A DNA stretch of 63,786 nt, the filler included, from Hausera hauseri (taxonomy: Eukaryota): NCBI GenBank assembly GCA_046269625.1. It is 12 parts of 12 records of this genome, joined end to end, with 100 filler letters (N's around TTAATTAATTAA, not from the genome) between each part and the next. Parts side by side here need not be neighbours in the genome. Positions count along the whole stretch, not along the records: positions 35,148 to 39,196 come from JBJURY010794090.1; positions 39,297 to 43,278 come from JBJURY010841413.1; positions 43,379 to 48,268 come from JBJURY010402034.1; positions 48,369 to 54,157 come from JBJURY010189194.1; 8 more parts are not named here. One strand, given 5' to 3'. A model generated the notes under the pieces. That model was not told the origin of the DNA. It searched no databases and saw nothing but the letters and a program-made list of their open reading frames with translations. This document shows, piece after piece, positions 36,084 through 49,660 of the stretch; positions within the stretch are counted from its first letter, which is position 1, and each line of letters opens with the position of its first letter. The position numbers and the translations under genes were made by a program.

Positions 36084-37229
36084 TAATGCAGTTACCTTTT
36101 CAAATTAAACTATCATTTTAAAGTGTTCTTCAACTTTTTTCTTGCAAATGTTATTGTATCGTACGTGCTCTGAATCTCATCTAGCTGTAAACGCGTATTC
36201 TTTACAGCAGATGCAGTCTTAATCAGCTGTACAATCACAAATTTGAGATAAAGAGGTTATAGTGCATTTTATGAATGCCGTCCCTAGTAGATTCAAACCC
36301 CGCAGTCAAGGAGACCGATTGCTGTAAGACGCTGATACCTGCAACGTTCTGTGTTATAATTCAGTCCTAAACACGGAAATGGTAATTCACTATTACAAAT
36401 CAGCCATTACCCAAAACAATCAGCCACCAAAACAGTCACAGTGTAAACACCTTAACGGCAGATGAAGTTTAATACTCGCTGAAGAATGACTTCCGACCAG
36501 TGCAAATTCATGTGTTCAGTTCTCCATGGAAACAAGCAAAGCAACACAATTTTTTTAAAGGACGAATAATTGAACGTAGATCCTTCTTGCATTCTGCACC
36601 GAATGTCTCTCGCCTTTCAGGCATCCATTATTGTACTGTACACAATTAATTATAGTGGAATTACACATCTGTTCACTCACACAATGTAATCTGCGCAAAT
36701 CCCTATTTATTACTTGCCATATGTGTAAACTCACTTAGAATAATACTACATTAGCGTTGCATAACGGACACGTGAGAATCGCGTCGAAATTAACTTCCCA
36801 ATCTGAATAATATCATATTCATATATACATTTCGCCGATAACACATAAATGTACACTGTTCGACATGATACGTAAGAAGCAACATTCACAACGGCTGACT
36901 CTTTGGTTTTGTCCTAGGTGTACCCCAAGTCATAGCTGACAGCACTCTTGTTTCAGTGCCCACTAGTGTTTGCTTAGTTCATCCGGTCTAACCCGACGGG
37001 GGTTCATCTTAATGCTTTCTGTAGCATCGAGTGCTTTTTCTTCCTAATCACATGTCCTATCTAACTATACTACTACTGCTTTTACAACTACTTTTACTAC
37101 TGCTACTACTACTAATTCATGCTCATAAGGCCGCCGCTGCCACTTGTATCTTGGGCACTAAAAGTACACAGAGAATGCCGTCCCCTTCTATTACTGTAGC
37201 ACTGGTCGATCAACGTGACAATCGCATCA

Positions 37230-37738
37230 GCTGAAAAACAGCATTCCCGAAAATGAAAAGCATACTGTGTACGACACATCAGCCATTACCATTGAGAAAG
37301 AGGGTCCTGCAATTTTATATCGAACCTATACTAATGTATGGCTGCGAATCTTGGATATTGAGTAAAAAATTGGAAAATTCTTTAAAAGCAACGGAGATGT
37401 GGTTTCTCAGAAGAATGTTGAAAATCCCTTGGACAACAAAGAGAACAAATGAATATGATTTACAAGAAGCAGACACAGAAAGAACATTTATCAGTAAGAT
37501 CAGAAAGAGACAAACATCTATGAATGGCCATATTTTAAGAAGAGAAGGTCTGTAGAACTTGGTCACCACAGGCAAAATACCGGGAAATAGAAGCAGTGGT
37601 CGACAGAGAATGAAGTGTCTGGATGGTTTGCGTGAATGGATCGGAAGTAACTCAATATCAGAGATGACTGGGGACACCAGGAATCGTGAGATGCATGACG
37701 ACCCACGCTTCACAGCTTGTCACTTGATGATGATGATC
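37230..37738 (+). mobile_element. RTE-clade LINE 3' fragment
   Basis: PILMYGCESW, EMWFLRRMLKIPWT, GHILRREGL, GKIPG.R..GRQR; (GAT)n tail. Confidence 0.85.
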
Positions 37739-38369
37739 ATTATCTTTGTAAGTGTATTATTAACTCCAGTCTGTACGTTCGTCAATGTATGTGTGTGTAT
37801 TTCTCTATTTTAATATGCTTCTACCTTTCAGTTATCTAGCGTGATATCTTTTAATTAAGACGAGGTCAATTCTTTGTCCTTACATCAACCAGAATATTTT
37901 TCTTTTCCATTTCTTGTATTTTTCTATAAAAGATAGAGGTACACCAGTGTTTCTCAAGTTTCTTGAGGCTGCGGCTTATTAAGCAATATATTAATTGTTC
38001 TTGTTAAATATCTAACAATTATGTGTGTTTGACGGGTTCTGTAACATATTAAAATGACAGAGCTTCCGGCAATAAGTTTGGTTATGCGTTGCACGACCAT
38101 TTAATATCTCCAACACCATGGACGCCTGTAGGGAGAACGACTATAGGTGATGACTTCACGCTGCAAACACCTTAACCAATCATGTTATGTCAATCACGTG
38201 ACGTGGCTTCCGGCATCGTTTTTAAATTATTGGTTTCGCTATAGTTCAACAGTTGAAGATAATAAACCCAGGCTGCATGTTCGTGAAGCTGGCGAAGGGG
38301 TTTCTAATACAAATTTATCTATTAACTAGATAACACTTTCGTGAATAATTTAATTGTCCTATCCTTTAA

Positions 38370-38580
38370 GACGCGGTGGCCGAGTGGTTAGTGAAAACAT
38401 CTGCTCAGTCTAGTGGCGCGGGTTCAATTCCTGCCGCCGGATATCAGGCTTACCCAGCCTGAAATGGGTACCATGATAAAAACCTTGGAAATAAATGCGG
38501 CCAGAAAGGCGGTGGCGTCCCTACTCACAAAGCCAAAGCCTAGAAAAATGAAGCACTAACACTTCATTCCCCTACATCAT
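38370..38580 (+). mobile_element. tRNA-derived SINE (Deu/Nin-like core)
   Basis: A box TGGCCGAGTGG at 38377, B box GGTTCAATTCC at 38421, core ACCCAGCCTGAAATGGGTACC. Confidence 0.7.
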
Positions 38581-39420
38581 TCAGACTAAGTTTCAAGGCA
38601 AAAACGTCATGAAATGTGGAATAATGTTTAAAACACACATACGATGTTCGTCTTCTTTTTCTGCGAAGACCGGTCATGGATACAGCTCTGCTTGAAACAG
38701 GAATGAGTCAGTCCTTCCCAGGTCTGTAGACTATATCTGTCGGCTGAGTTCTATTAGGTCAGGATAGAATGGAGTAGAGTCTGGGCATTAGTGTTGGCAA
38801 TGCCTAGGCGATGTATATTTTGTTATAACCCGCAATGGCCATTTCTGAGCCTAAAAATTGCTCTTTGATCCTTTATTTCCAGGTAACGCATTGCATCATT
38901 TTTTTAAACCTGTATGAGCACGTTTCTCCCTCCATTTGCATCTGAATTTTGATTTTACAAGTGTTTTCACATCACTGAAGTTCATTTTACTGCTTTGAAA
39001 GACAAAAACTTGCTCTAATTGGGAAGAATTATAATACGATTTCGAAGACTTATTTTGCTTTGAAAGGCAAAAACATGTTTTAATGGGGAAGAATTATAAT
39101 ACCTTCTGTTTGTATTTACTGATTCACCTTTAATCTATCTAACGTGTTGTTGTAGCTTTTGTTGCTGAGTTGTATGTCAAAGGAAAAAATGTGAATNNNN
39201 NNNNNNNNNNNNNNNNNNNNNNNNNNNNNNNNNNNNNNNNTTAATTAATTAANNNNNNNNNNNNNNNNNNNNNNNNNNNNNNNNNNNNNNNNNNNNTGCA
39301 CCGTGCACTGTGTGTTTTTTGAAACCTACGTCACCGAATCTATCCATCCGTGCGGGTGTGCGCATCAAGCACGCATCGGATTGGCTGCATGGGGGGGCGG
39401 GGAGTGATCCAGAACCCGCA

Positions 39421-42400
39421 TTTTTATACTACTCATGTTGTAACTATAAAACTAACAATAACTACTCCAATGATAAACGCTCCAGTTTCTCTAAAAGTAA
39501 CCGCCCTAAGTCACCAATCCAAAAAAATCTTATTTCGCCGCCAGCACTCACGGCGGAGTCTGGCAAAGGCAACTGCTCAAATACTACCTGCCGACACGCT
39601 GCTTTTGCAGTCTTTACACTAAAGGCTTCGATAACCACACCAACAACTCAATCCATAGACTTCCTTATCGAAACTGGCGCTGCGGTTTCTTTGCTAAGAC
39701 TCACTTTTCCTGTACAAAATTCACAATTTAAAGCTAAATCGTTATTTACAGCTTCAGGACAACCGCTTGACATTTCAGGTACATCTACATTGTCGCTCAC
39801 TTTACCAAAATTTTATTCCAAGTTTCATTGGACGTTTACAGTTGCTAACGTCCGCACAGCAATCCTAGGTTCAGATTTCTTATCGCACTATAATCTTTTA
39901 GTTGATTGCAAACAGCAATGTCTGAAACGTAACACTACTGGATATCTTACAGAGCAAATAAATGGTATATCCGCTAAGGCAGAAACGATCTATCTGCGGA
40001 AGCCTATACTTAAAAATCCTGCAAATAATCCATATTTCTTCAACAAGCATTCTTCATTTCGTAAATTCTTTAATGATAACGTCGATATTCAGTCGAGATT
40101 TGGTTTTGACAACTACTATTGTGTTGGTTCAGTACATTCATTAGACAAAATTACCTCTTCCAACACTATTTTTAATAGTACTGTTTTACACCTAATTACT
40201 CTTGATTTAAATAACTCGCAAACTACACTCGTCAGAGCACACATTTACTCAACACCACCACCTTCACCAAATCTTTCGCAATTGTCTGCAAGTCTACGGC
40301 AATACATACTTCATGCCCCCGCTTATTCCAAAAGGACCGAACCTCCACACCTACGGACAGGACTTTTCATCACATCATAACGCATTATCAAAGACCTATT
40401 TGTCAAAAAGTACGTCCATTGTCACCTCGGCGTAGACAAGCTGTTGAAGCGGAATTTCTAGATCTTGAACGCTCCGGCATTATACGCAGATCTAAATCAC
40501 CGTGATCTTCACCTTTACACGTTGTCCAAAAAAGGATGGATCTTTCCGACCATGCGGTGATTACCGTCAAATAAACACTTTCACTGTTATGGACGCATAT
40601 CCGTTAACACTAATTAAGGATATCCTGCACCGGCTCAATTCCACTACAGTATATTCAACCATAGACTTAGCCAAAACATAACAACAAATTCCTGTAGCAC
40701 CTGAGGACATCGAGAAAACTGCCGTTACGTCACCTTTCGGTCTGTACAAATACATTTATATGCCTTTTGGTTTAAGCAACGCTGCACAGACTTTCCAACG
40801 TCATATCGATTCCATACTCTCGGATTTAACTTTCGCGCACCCATATATCGACGATATTTTGATTACTTCGTCTTCAACCAAACAGCATGAGGAACATCTT
40901 CGTTCTATTTTTCAACGGCTTAACCACCATAATTTACAAATCAATTTTACGAAGTGTCACTTCTTCCAAAAGCGTATTAACTTTCTCGGAAACATCATTT
41001 CAGCAAATGGTCATTCTCCTCAGTCCGAAGGTGTTTAAGCCCTCAAATGTGTACAACAACACCAAACAACATCAGAAATGAGGAGCTTTTTGGGAACCTT
41101 GCACTTCATTCACAAATACGTGCCGTACTGCTCTGAACTTACCGCACTATTCGCCCACTTAAGCGGTGGAAAAAAACATCAGCCAATCTAGTGGACACCT
41201 GGCCTGGTCGCGAAGTTTGACAAGCTTCGTGAAGGAATTAAGACCGTATACATTCTCGATTTCCCTAAGCATGACGCGAAACTTATTTTTATCTCAGACG
41301 CTTCAACCACTGCGGTAGGTGCTGTGCTTCATCAAATATACAAAGGAGAAAATTAACCACAAGAATTTTTCTCTCGTAAGCTGGTATCCCCTGAAACTCG
41401 ATATTCAAAGTTCGATCGAGAATATTGGTCATCGTACTCGTTTTGAAGCACTTCTCCAACCAACTTCTATCTCGCCGTTTTACCATACAGACCGATCACA
41501 AGCCCTTGCTAAACATCATGACTATGAAACATCCTTCCACACACCAAGAACGACAAATATCATATTTGTCGGCATTCAACTTCGACATAAGACATATTAA
41601 CGACGTCAATAATTTGGTTACCGACTTCCTATCAAGGACGGTTGGTTCGATTAATTTTTTAGCCATCTTCACTCAAGCACAACTCCAACAGAACCATCCA
41701 CCTCAAGACATGCTTAAATCCTTTGACGGCGTGGCTTTAGACACTTCCAAACCGGGTCATTCTATAATGATTCTCACACTATCTTTACAACGGCAAGGGT
41801 TTAACAGTGTACATTCACTGCACCATCCTGGAGCTAAGGCGACTTTTCGCTTACACCATCGGCAAGTAATATGGCCGACTATGCGTTCTGATGTGCAAGC
41901 GTGGGTTAATAAGTGCGTGGCTTGCCAGAAATTTAAAATCACCAAACATTTGAAGCCACCATTATATCATTTCCCTTGCACATCACGTTTCGAGTCTGTT
42001 CATGTCGATCTCGTTGGCCTTTTTCCTCCTGACAACTGTTATCAGTTCATTTTGACCATAATGCATCGTTCGTCACGTTGGCCAGAAGCCGTCCCACTAC
42101 GGAGCACCAATACCGACAAGATAGCCGATGTTTTTATACGCACGTGGATCAGCAGATTTGGATCCCTTAGATTCATTATTACAGACCAAGGTACTCAGTT
42201 TGAGTCTAATTTGTTTAAATCTCTCGTTAACCCATTAGGAATTAGCTATATCCACACATCACCGTATCACCATCAATCGAATGGTCTCCTAGAGAGATTC
42301 CACAGAACACTAAAAACGTCATTGAGAATCCTAGCAGAATCAAATAGCAGTGGGACTACTATTTTTCCGCTAGTTCTTCTGGGTTGGCGTAACACCCCTT

Positions 42401-43278
42401 CTACTTTTACAGGTTGTTCACCTACAGAAGCCCTTTTCAGAACACCTGTACGTTCATTGTTTGAACTAACGGCCTTGGAAGATACGCCGACAGACGAAGC
42501 TATCCGATCAGCACAAGACCATTTTGTTGCCGTAAGCAAAGATTCCTTCTGTAGGTTCTTGAATAACAATAAAGCATACTTACCGGGGGATCTATATTCG
42601 TCAAAATTCTTCTGGTTGAGAAACCAGACACCGTGCGGTTTCCAACCACAGTATTTGCGACCTTCCAAACTCGTTCACTTGAACTCCCATAATGCCATTA
42701 TTTTTAAAGACAGCAAGGAATTAGCAGTGCACATCAACAACGTAAATCCCGCTTTTTTCGTCGATGATATACCTCAAATTGAACCTTCTACACCTTTTCT
42801 GACGCCACCGCCTTTTCCTATTTCTATTCCTTCACACTCTACACCTATCCCGTTACTACAACCTACTCCTAAAACCTCTTCCACTAATCTCACCACTTTT
42901 CTTCTAGTTTCTCCTACATTTTTCCCTCCAGCTCATTCCTCGTTTCTGAACGATATACCACCTTCTACGACGACGTCCGACATAATTTTATCTCCATCAA
43001 CTTGTCAATCAGATTCAACGACACTAAAAAATTCAAATCGGTCACCTTCAGTACCTACAGTAGATTGCTAAATACTGATGGAATACGTCTTTTACATGCG
43101 AAGACCACATAGTGAGTCCACACTGTTCCGTTCTACGTTCGTTTAGTATTTCCTTTTATCTTCACAGTTCACACCTTGCCACGGGGGGTAATGTAGTGCC
43201 TATTAAAGTTTCTAGGTTTGGGAAGTGGATTAAATAAATAAACAATACCACCACCACATTCGATTCTGTTGACAAAAT
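39421..43278 (+). mobile_element. CsRn1-like Gypsy pro-RT-RNaseH-IN with PPT and start of 3' LTR, degenerate
   Basis: FLIETGA, YIDD, integrase VHVDLVG/TDQGTQFES/NGLLERFHR; PPT ACGGGGGGTAA at 43181, then TGTAG at 43192. Confidence 0.92.
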
Positions 43279-44089
43279 NNNNNNNNNNNNNNNNNNNNNN
43301 NNNNNNNNNNNNNNNNNNNNNNTTAATTAATTAANNNNNNNNNNNNNNNNNNNNNNNNNNNNNNNNNNNNNNNNNNNNGTAGTAAAATAAAACATACGTA
43401 AGGAAATAATTTTAATGGTGGGGTAAATTCAAAAATGAATATTGTATATCAGTATATAAAGTGCATTTGTTTTAATGCATCAAATGCATAAACTTGTCAC
43501 ATAATTATACCATTTCTTGTCAACATCATGCGTTTGTTTTAATGCATCAAATGATTTAAAATATCGCGCGCGCCATTTTCGAATGGGTTTTCGTATATGC
43601 CGAATCGACTGGCGCTATCACATTCTTCGAATAATGCACGCTTCACCGAATATTCGAGTCCGAATCGATATTTCTTTGAGTTCGAATAATGTTTTCGATC
43701 ATCTAATTTCATATTCCGATTCCCCACATACACTTTCTTATCCAGCCCCGCTATTACATTTATCGATTTCCGCTTCACTGCACTTTAAATGCACATTTTG
43801 CTTAATTAGAAATATTGGTTTTGTATCCATATAGTACATTTTCAGGATATAGTTTTTATGTACATGGCGTTTCTTGAATACGAGAAATTGATTTCCGCCG
43901 TTAGATTTTTGGAGTAGTTTGAACTTCAATTTTTGAGTTCGAAAATATTCGAATTTCGAACTTTCGATTGATATTCGAGTTCGGCATACTCGACTGAAAC
44001 AAGAGGTCATGTTCCACTAAGACACAGGATTCCTTGGTGCAATTTTACCTCTTGTCACGTTATTACCGGGTGTTCTCATCGGTACTGCA

Positions 44090-44297
44090 TCAGCATAGTA
44101 TAAAGAATGATGGTAAGTATATGGTGATTTGCGACATGTGTACATGGTTTTCATCTTTCTGTCCCAGTTTACCCAATCTTTCACTTACGTTTCGTTCAAA
44201 CTGTTGTAATGCAAGCAAAACCGACACCATCGACAACAACGATGGGTGACGTGTGGTTCGATCCGCGTCATCCCTTCGGGCATACTAGCGTCGACTA
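44090..44297 (+). mobile_element. Polinton fragment (integrase 5' region)
   Basis: Clearly homologous to the reverse complement of ~61030-61232. Confidence 0.8.
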
Positions 44298-44299
44298 AA

Positions 44300-45498
44300 A
44301 GTAATTATTTGCTAATGTATATGGGTAAATATTATACAGTTTGTTTTAACTAACAACCTTTTGCTTTTGTCACTTTAGCATTTATTTCAAAACGTCTGTG
44401 GAGAGAGTACAATATAGCAGTGTCCTTCGTTTGCTATTTAAGAAAGGTAAGAGTAGGGAAAAGTCAATGCGGAGTTGATTGATGTGTACTTCTAGGGCAA
44501 CAATGTATCGTTCGTAAAATTGCTTTCAGAGTAGAACCTCCGTTATTGATTATGAAAAGCCAGGGAGGACTTGTGAAATTGATCAAAAAATAAAGGAAGA
44601 ATTGAGAAAAATTGTTCAGAAAGAGAGAAAAATTAGAATCAAAGAATTGATAAGGCGTCTTAATGTGAGTAAAGAAACTATTAGCACTTTGCTCATTAAA
44701 ACTGGCATCAGAAAATTATGTTCGAGCTCCTTTCCACGATTTTCAACTGGTAAAATGCAAAATCGCCGACTGCAATTTTGCAGATAGAATCTTTAGATTT
44801 TAGATGGTGTTGGAGAGCGTTTCGTGGATAATATCATTACCATGGATGAGACACCGCTATCACTGTATGTCCCAGAGTCTAAACGGGAATCTTTAGAGTG
44901 GAAACTCCCTGGAGAGGTCAGTTGTAAGAAAATAAGGTCTTCAACAAGTAACCGAAATGTTCTCATGTTGATTGCTCTTGGGATGCTAATGGCATTATCC
45001 TGGCTGATTTTGCCGAAAATGGTATTCGAATCAACAGCTCATGCCAGTTCAATCTCGTACAACAAACAAGAAAACTCCGAAGAAAAAGCAGTGTGTGAAC
45101 TTTGTTACTTACACTACAACGCCCCTATTCACACAAGCGAAGTTTCATTTGGCACAATTGAGGGTTGTGGATTAAAACTGCTTCCACATCCTCAATACAG
45201 TCCGGATTTAGCCCCATCGGACTTCTACTTGTTTAATCATCTTTAAAAACTCTGCGAGGTCGGAAATTTGCCTCAAAAGATTTGAAAGATACAGTGACGC
45301 ACTTTTTTACCGAAAAGTCTCCGATTTTTTCAGAATCGCCTTTGAAAACCTAATCACACGCTGGAAAAAGTGTGTTGATAAAAATGGAGATTATTTTGAG
45401 AAATAAGCCCTACATGACTTCCTTGTAAATACAAAATATATTTGGCTTTACTTATTTCTTTCTATAAGAGTTTCACTAATTATTGGGCGCACCACGTA
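44300..45498 (+). mobile_element. mariner (D,D34D) transposon, degenerate
   Basis: IITMDET..YVPESK, HYNAPIH, HPQYSPDLAPSDFYLF; right end ..TATTGGGCGCACCACGTA. Confidence 0.88.
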
Positions 45499-45499
45499 A

Positions 45500-48100
45500 T
45501 GATTAAACGTCTGTCATTATATTTGAAAAATTTGACCGCTTATGCCTATAGTAAACTCACTGACGACGAGAAGAAATCTTTGTCCTCCCTGGCAGGAGCT
45601 TTAAATCGAAAATTATTACCGACGGTAACTTCGCAGCAAAAACTTATGGCTTTTCAGAACATGATGCAACAGAAGGGTGAATCTGTAACTCAGTTTGTAT
45701 TTGCGTTGAAGAAACTTGCGAATAGTTAGGTGAATACTTTATGAATAACTAACGTAGCTAAGGCTAAAAATGTGGCAGAACGCGAAGCCACAGAAAAGCC
45801 AAGCCCTCCAGATTTACATGTCATGATGACGACACAATTAATAAATGGTATCTGGCCTATAGACGTAGTGAAATAGTTGATCTTAGCTTGACCAGAAAGT
45901 TTTGATAAAATCATGCAGTTAGCCCAGGACTTAGAAATGACACTGGATAGATATGCTAGACAAAGCGATAGAAACGATAGAAATAATGGTCGCAATGATA
46001 GAAACCGGAACGATAATCGCTGTAGAGATAATAAGCGATTTAACAATAGAAATTATGAAAATAGAAATCAGAATAGTAATAATGGCTATAGAAGTAATCG
46101 GTATGGTAACAGAAATTGTGGCAATGACAGAAATAATTCATACCACAAACCAAGCTATTGTACAGATAGAAATTCAGACAGTCATAGAAGTTTTAATAAT
46201 GGAAACAGGTATAATGATAATCGAAGTAATGATAATCGCCGAAATGGGGATAGTGGACAAGTTCCGACTAACCAAATTATAGCAGAAATTCGAGTAGATC
46301 GAAATCACCAGTTAACGAAGATGGTCGACAAAGAGTCTGCAGAAATGGTAATCTAATTTGTTACACATGTGGACAAGAAGGAATAAAGCGAGGCCGTGTC
46401 CAAACCCACGAAGTGTTTCGTTTGTTGAACCTAGTAAAATTAGTGTAATTAAAAATGAAAATTTAGAAGCAATCTACGGTATCCGTAGAGATACAAGTAT
46501 GATTATTGAAGTACAAGATTTTCGACGGTTTTTAAAAGGTCAAACTGATACTAATGACCCAAAAGTTTTGATGGCTAGAAATGAATATGAGCACAAATTG
46601 TGACTGCTAGAAGTTTATCGTTGTCTACGTGAACCAGAAACTGAATATGAGTGCTCTATAGTTCCGCCGAAACTCACTGACATGGCACGGAAAAAGAATG
46701 TAAAAGTGGCAGATAAACGGGATAAACCGAAAACGTCAAACGAAGTAGACTTAGATGCAGAACCTGAATATACGGTCGAGAAGGTGAATAAAACTATAGA
46801 AGTTGATGATGAAAAAGAATTTATGGAGCCGTTCATACTTAAAAGTACGAAAAGTAGAGGCCTTAGCCCATCGCTAAAGCGAAAACGTAAAGATCGTTCG
46901 TGATCTCTGATGACTGAAGAAAAACTGGACAAAACAAGAGACTGAAATTGCTGTAGAAAGCGACGTAGCACTCAGTCTAAATACACCAGAAATGGGTTCA
47001 ACTATACCTGCTGGAGTAGAAGAATTAGAAGAATCAGCAAATGAAATAAATGACATATTTTCATTATCTACTAGTAAAAAAGAGACAGAACAAATCGAGA
47101 ACTTAGATAAGAAAGTGGAAAATTAGACGATCGTAGAAAAATGCTGATGAATTGGAGAAAATGAGAATTAATTGCCAAGATCCAAAAGTATTGAAGCAAA
47201 ATTTAGAAAAATTTAAGCAAATGGATGAACAAATAGACATCTCTGGTAAAGAACAACATTTTGTAGAAAGATTGTATAAGAGTTTGAAATTATGTAGTGA
47301 AGGAAAACTCAGTGAAGTAGTCGATTTAGAGCAACCTGAAGAAATACCGCCAGAAACATTCGCAAAATGGAAACAAGAGTTAGAATCATGGATAAAAAGT
47401 GGAATCAAAATTTCAGAAATATGGAGTTAAAACGAAGATGATGTTGGGGTAAGAGTGGCTAAAGTCCAGACATTATTGACTACGTTAGAAGCAAATCCCA
47501 AATTACGCGTAGTTTAGAGCGCGTAATGGATGGGATTAGATTTGAAATGGTTACTCGACTTGGAGAGAAACAGGTTAACGAACGGAATGAAATCGAATTA
47601 GAAATATTGGGCATAGACCCAGTAGATATCCCTCCATTAATGGCGATGATAACAATCGCTTCTACTTCACCTAAACAATATAGAAATTTAGAGAATCGTA
47701 TTATGACGGAGAATGAGAAACGGTCAAAATTTACAGTTTGAGAAACAGAATTATGTTTGTGAATAACGAAGAAACATAAAATATAATAAAGGTTTCTATC
47801 CTGGAATTTGATGAGTATAAGGATGAATTTAAGTATGCCAATCAGGTCATGAGTTTTATAAAAGGTCCCGATGATGAATCGAAAGATGCTTACAAAATGC
47901 TAGACAGCAATACTGAAGAAACCTATAATAGCTAACCAACTAAAAGAATGGTCCGAATTAATATTGAGACTGAGTCAAGTAACGAAGAATCGTATAAAAG
48001 AATTTCCAGAAGATGAGCTAATAGTGAAGCAAAAACTGAGAGAAATTTCATGAAACTTGGACACTATAAAAGTAGAAACCGATATGTGAACGCATTTCAA
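45500..48100 (+). pseudogene. gag: degenerate Gypsy gag-like region with N/R/D-rich low-complexity tract
   Basis: LLPTVTSQQKL..QQKGESVTQFVFALKKLA, homologous to the gag at 5935-7335. Confidence 0.65.
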
Positions 48101-49660
48101 TGAACTGAGACAGTTACAATTCATGAATAAAACTGGAAGTAGGTAGAAGGGAGGACATGGTGCCAACACCAACCCCCCCCCACACGGAGGAAAAATTGAT
48201 GTGGTTCACGGATAAGTAATGGGTAGAAAACACGATACACGCACACACGTTTAATAGGGCGGAAATGGNNNNNNNNNNNNNNNNNNNNNNNNNNNNNNNN
48301 NNNNNNNNNNNNTTAATTAATTAANNNNNNNNNNNNNNNNNNNNNNNNNNNNNNNNNNNNNNNNNNNNTACCGCCACTACTAGACTTGGACGGTGGAACT
48401 GGGGAAGGCAGGCAAGAAGAAAACAAAATAAAACAAAAAAAACAAACTATATTTGACTAAACAAACCTGTCGACTTCAAAAATAAAATAACCTTACTGTA
48501 TATGCTGGCAGATTTATCCTCCAAAAGCCCAGATAATGCAAATTTCTGATGTTTTTCTTCACTTAATGACTTAAAAAGATGATCTCTTTGTCTGCTGTAT
48601 TTGACAGGAGAAACAAGCCAAGCTCATCCCACTATTGCTCATTGAATCTGTTGAGACAGTGAGTGCTCTCTTTAACCTCTTTCATGCCTGCCTGGAGTTT
48701 TTGAGCGAAATTGTCAACGAAGTTAGCACTCTCATTATCCTGGCCAGTTGTGTTTGCTGTGAGGGTAACTTCTCTGGCTCGCCGTTTTATTGCAGCTTGA
48801 CCGAGTCTAATCTACTTATATAGTTGGCTAGTCGATCCTTGATACTTTCACATTCAAGTTAAAATTTCTAAAATGGAATTCAGATATAACCTTCATTTTT
48901 CCCTGCCTTTAAGACCTTAAATATATTCTTCATATCAAAATCTATCTATTCATGTAGATGAACTTTCAGTTAAAAAAAAATATTAATAATAATAATTTCC
49001 ACACTATCTAAATAGTTTATAGATATAATGTAGGTCTATAATTGTCTTATCCGAAATTTCGTCACAGCATTCGTTAATTTCGGATTAGTAATTTGATTGT
49101 TCTGCTGTTGAAAAAAGCAATTCGTTTTCAAAATAAAATATTTACGAGGAATACTAAACTCTTTGACTAGGAAATGTGTTACCATACTTTACAATCATGA
49201 TGGGTTTTATTAGACAGCACATTGTCGGTATTGCCAGGATGGGCAAAACTGCGGTTTATAAAAATAACTTGTTGAAATAATCAATAAAATTTCCGTGGTA
49301 TGCCCATTCGGGTAGTTATGGCGACGGTGGTCCTGTTGATGAATAATTCATGAATATTACACATGAACGACCTGATTTAACAGCTATTTTAGATTGTTTC
49401 GTGAGTCCGCATCGGTGTTTACAGGCATATGGTGTTTAATCATCCGATTCAAAACGATCAGAGGTATCGGCTCCATGAATTTGTCTAGTTGTTTGAGTAG
49501 TATTTGACAATTAATTTTAACATATAATATCTAAATTCGTTTCAACTCAACTTGGTTATACGCTATCGATTTTGAACTTTCCATTTTTTTTTCTTTGATT
49601 AATTAACCAGCATTTTTATTCATCTTCGTCCAACAATTTGTTAACCTCATTTCCATTTAG

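Noticed and set aside
38370-38440. tRNA gene
   Set aside because: A and B boxes are present but there is no convincing cloverleaf, and it continues into a SINE core.
45953-46282. Ile/Glu/Met-rich ORF
   Set aside because: Alternate frame of the N/R/D low-complexity gag tract.
48500-48870. Minus-strand exon with intermediate-filament-like KDRLANYI
   Set aside because: A stop follows within a few codons and the similarity is too short.
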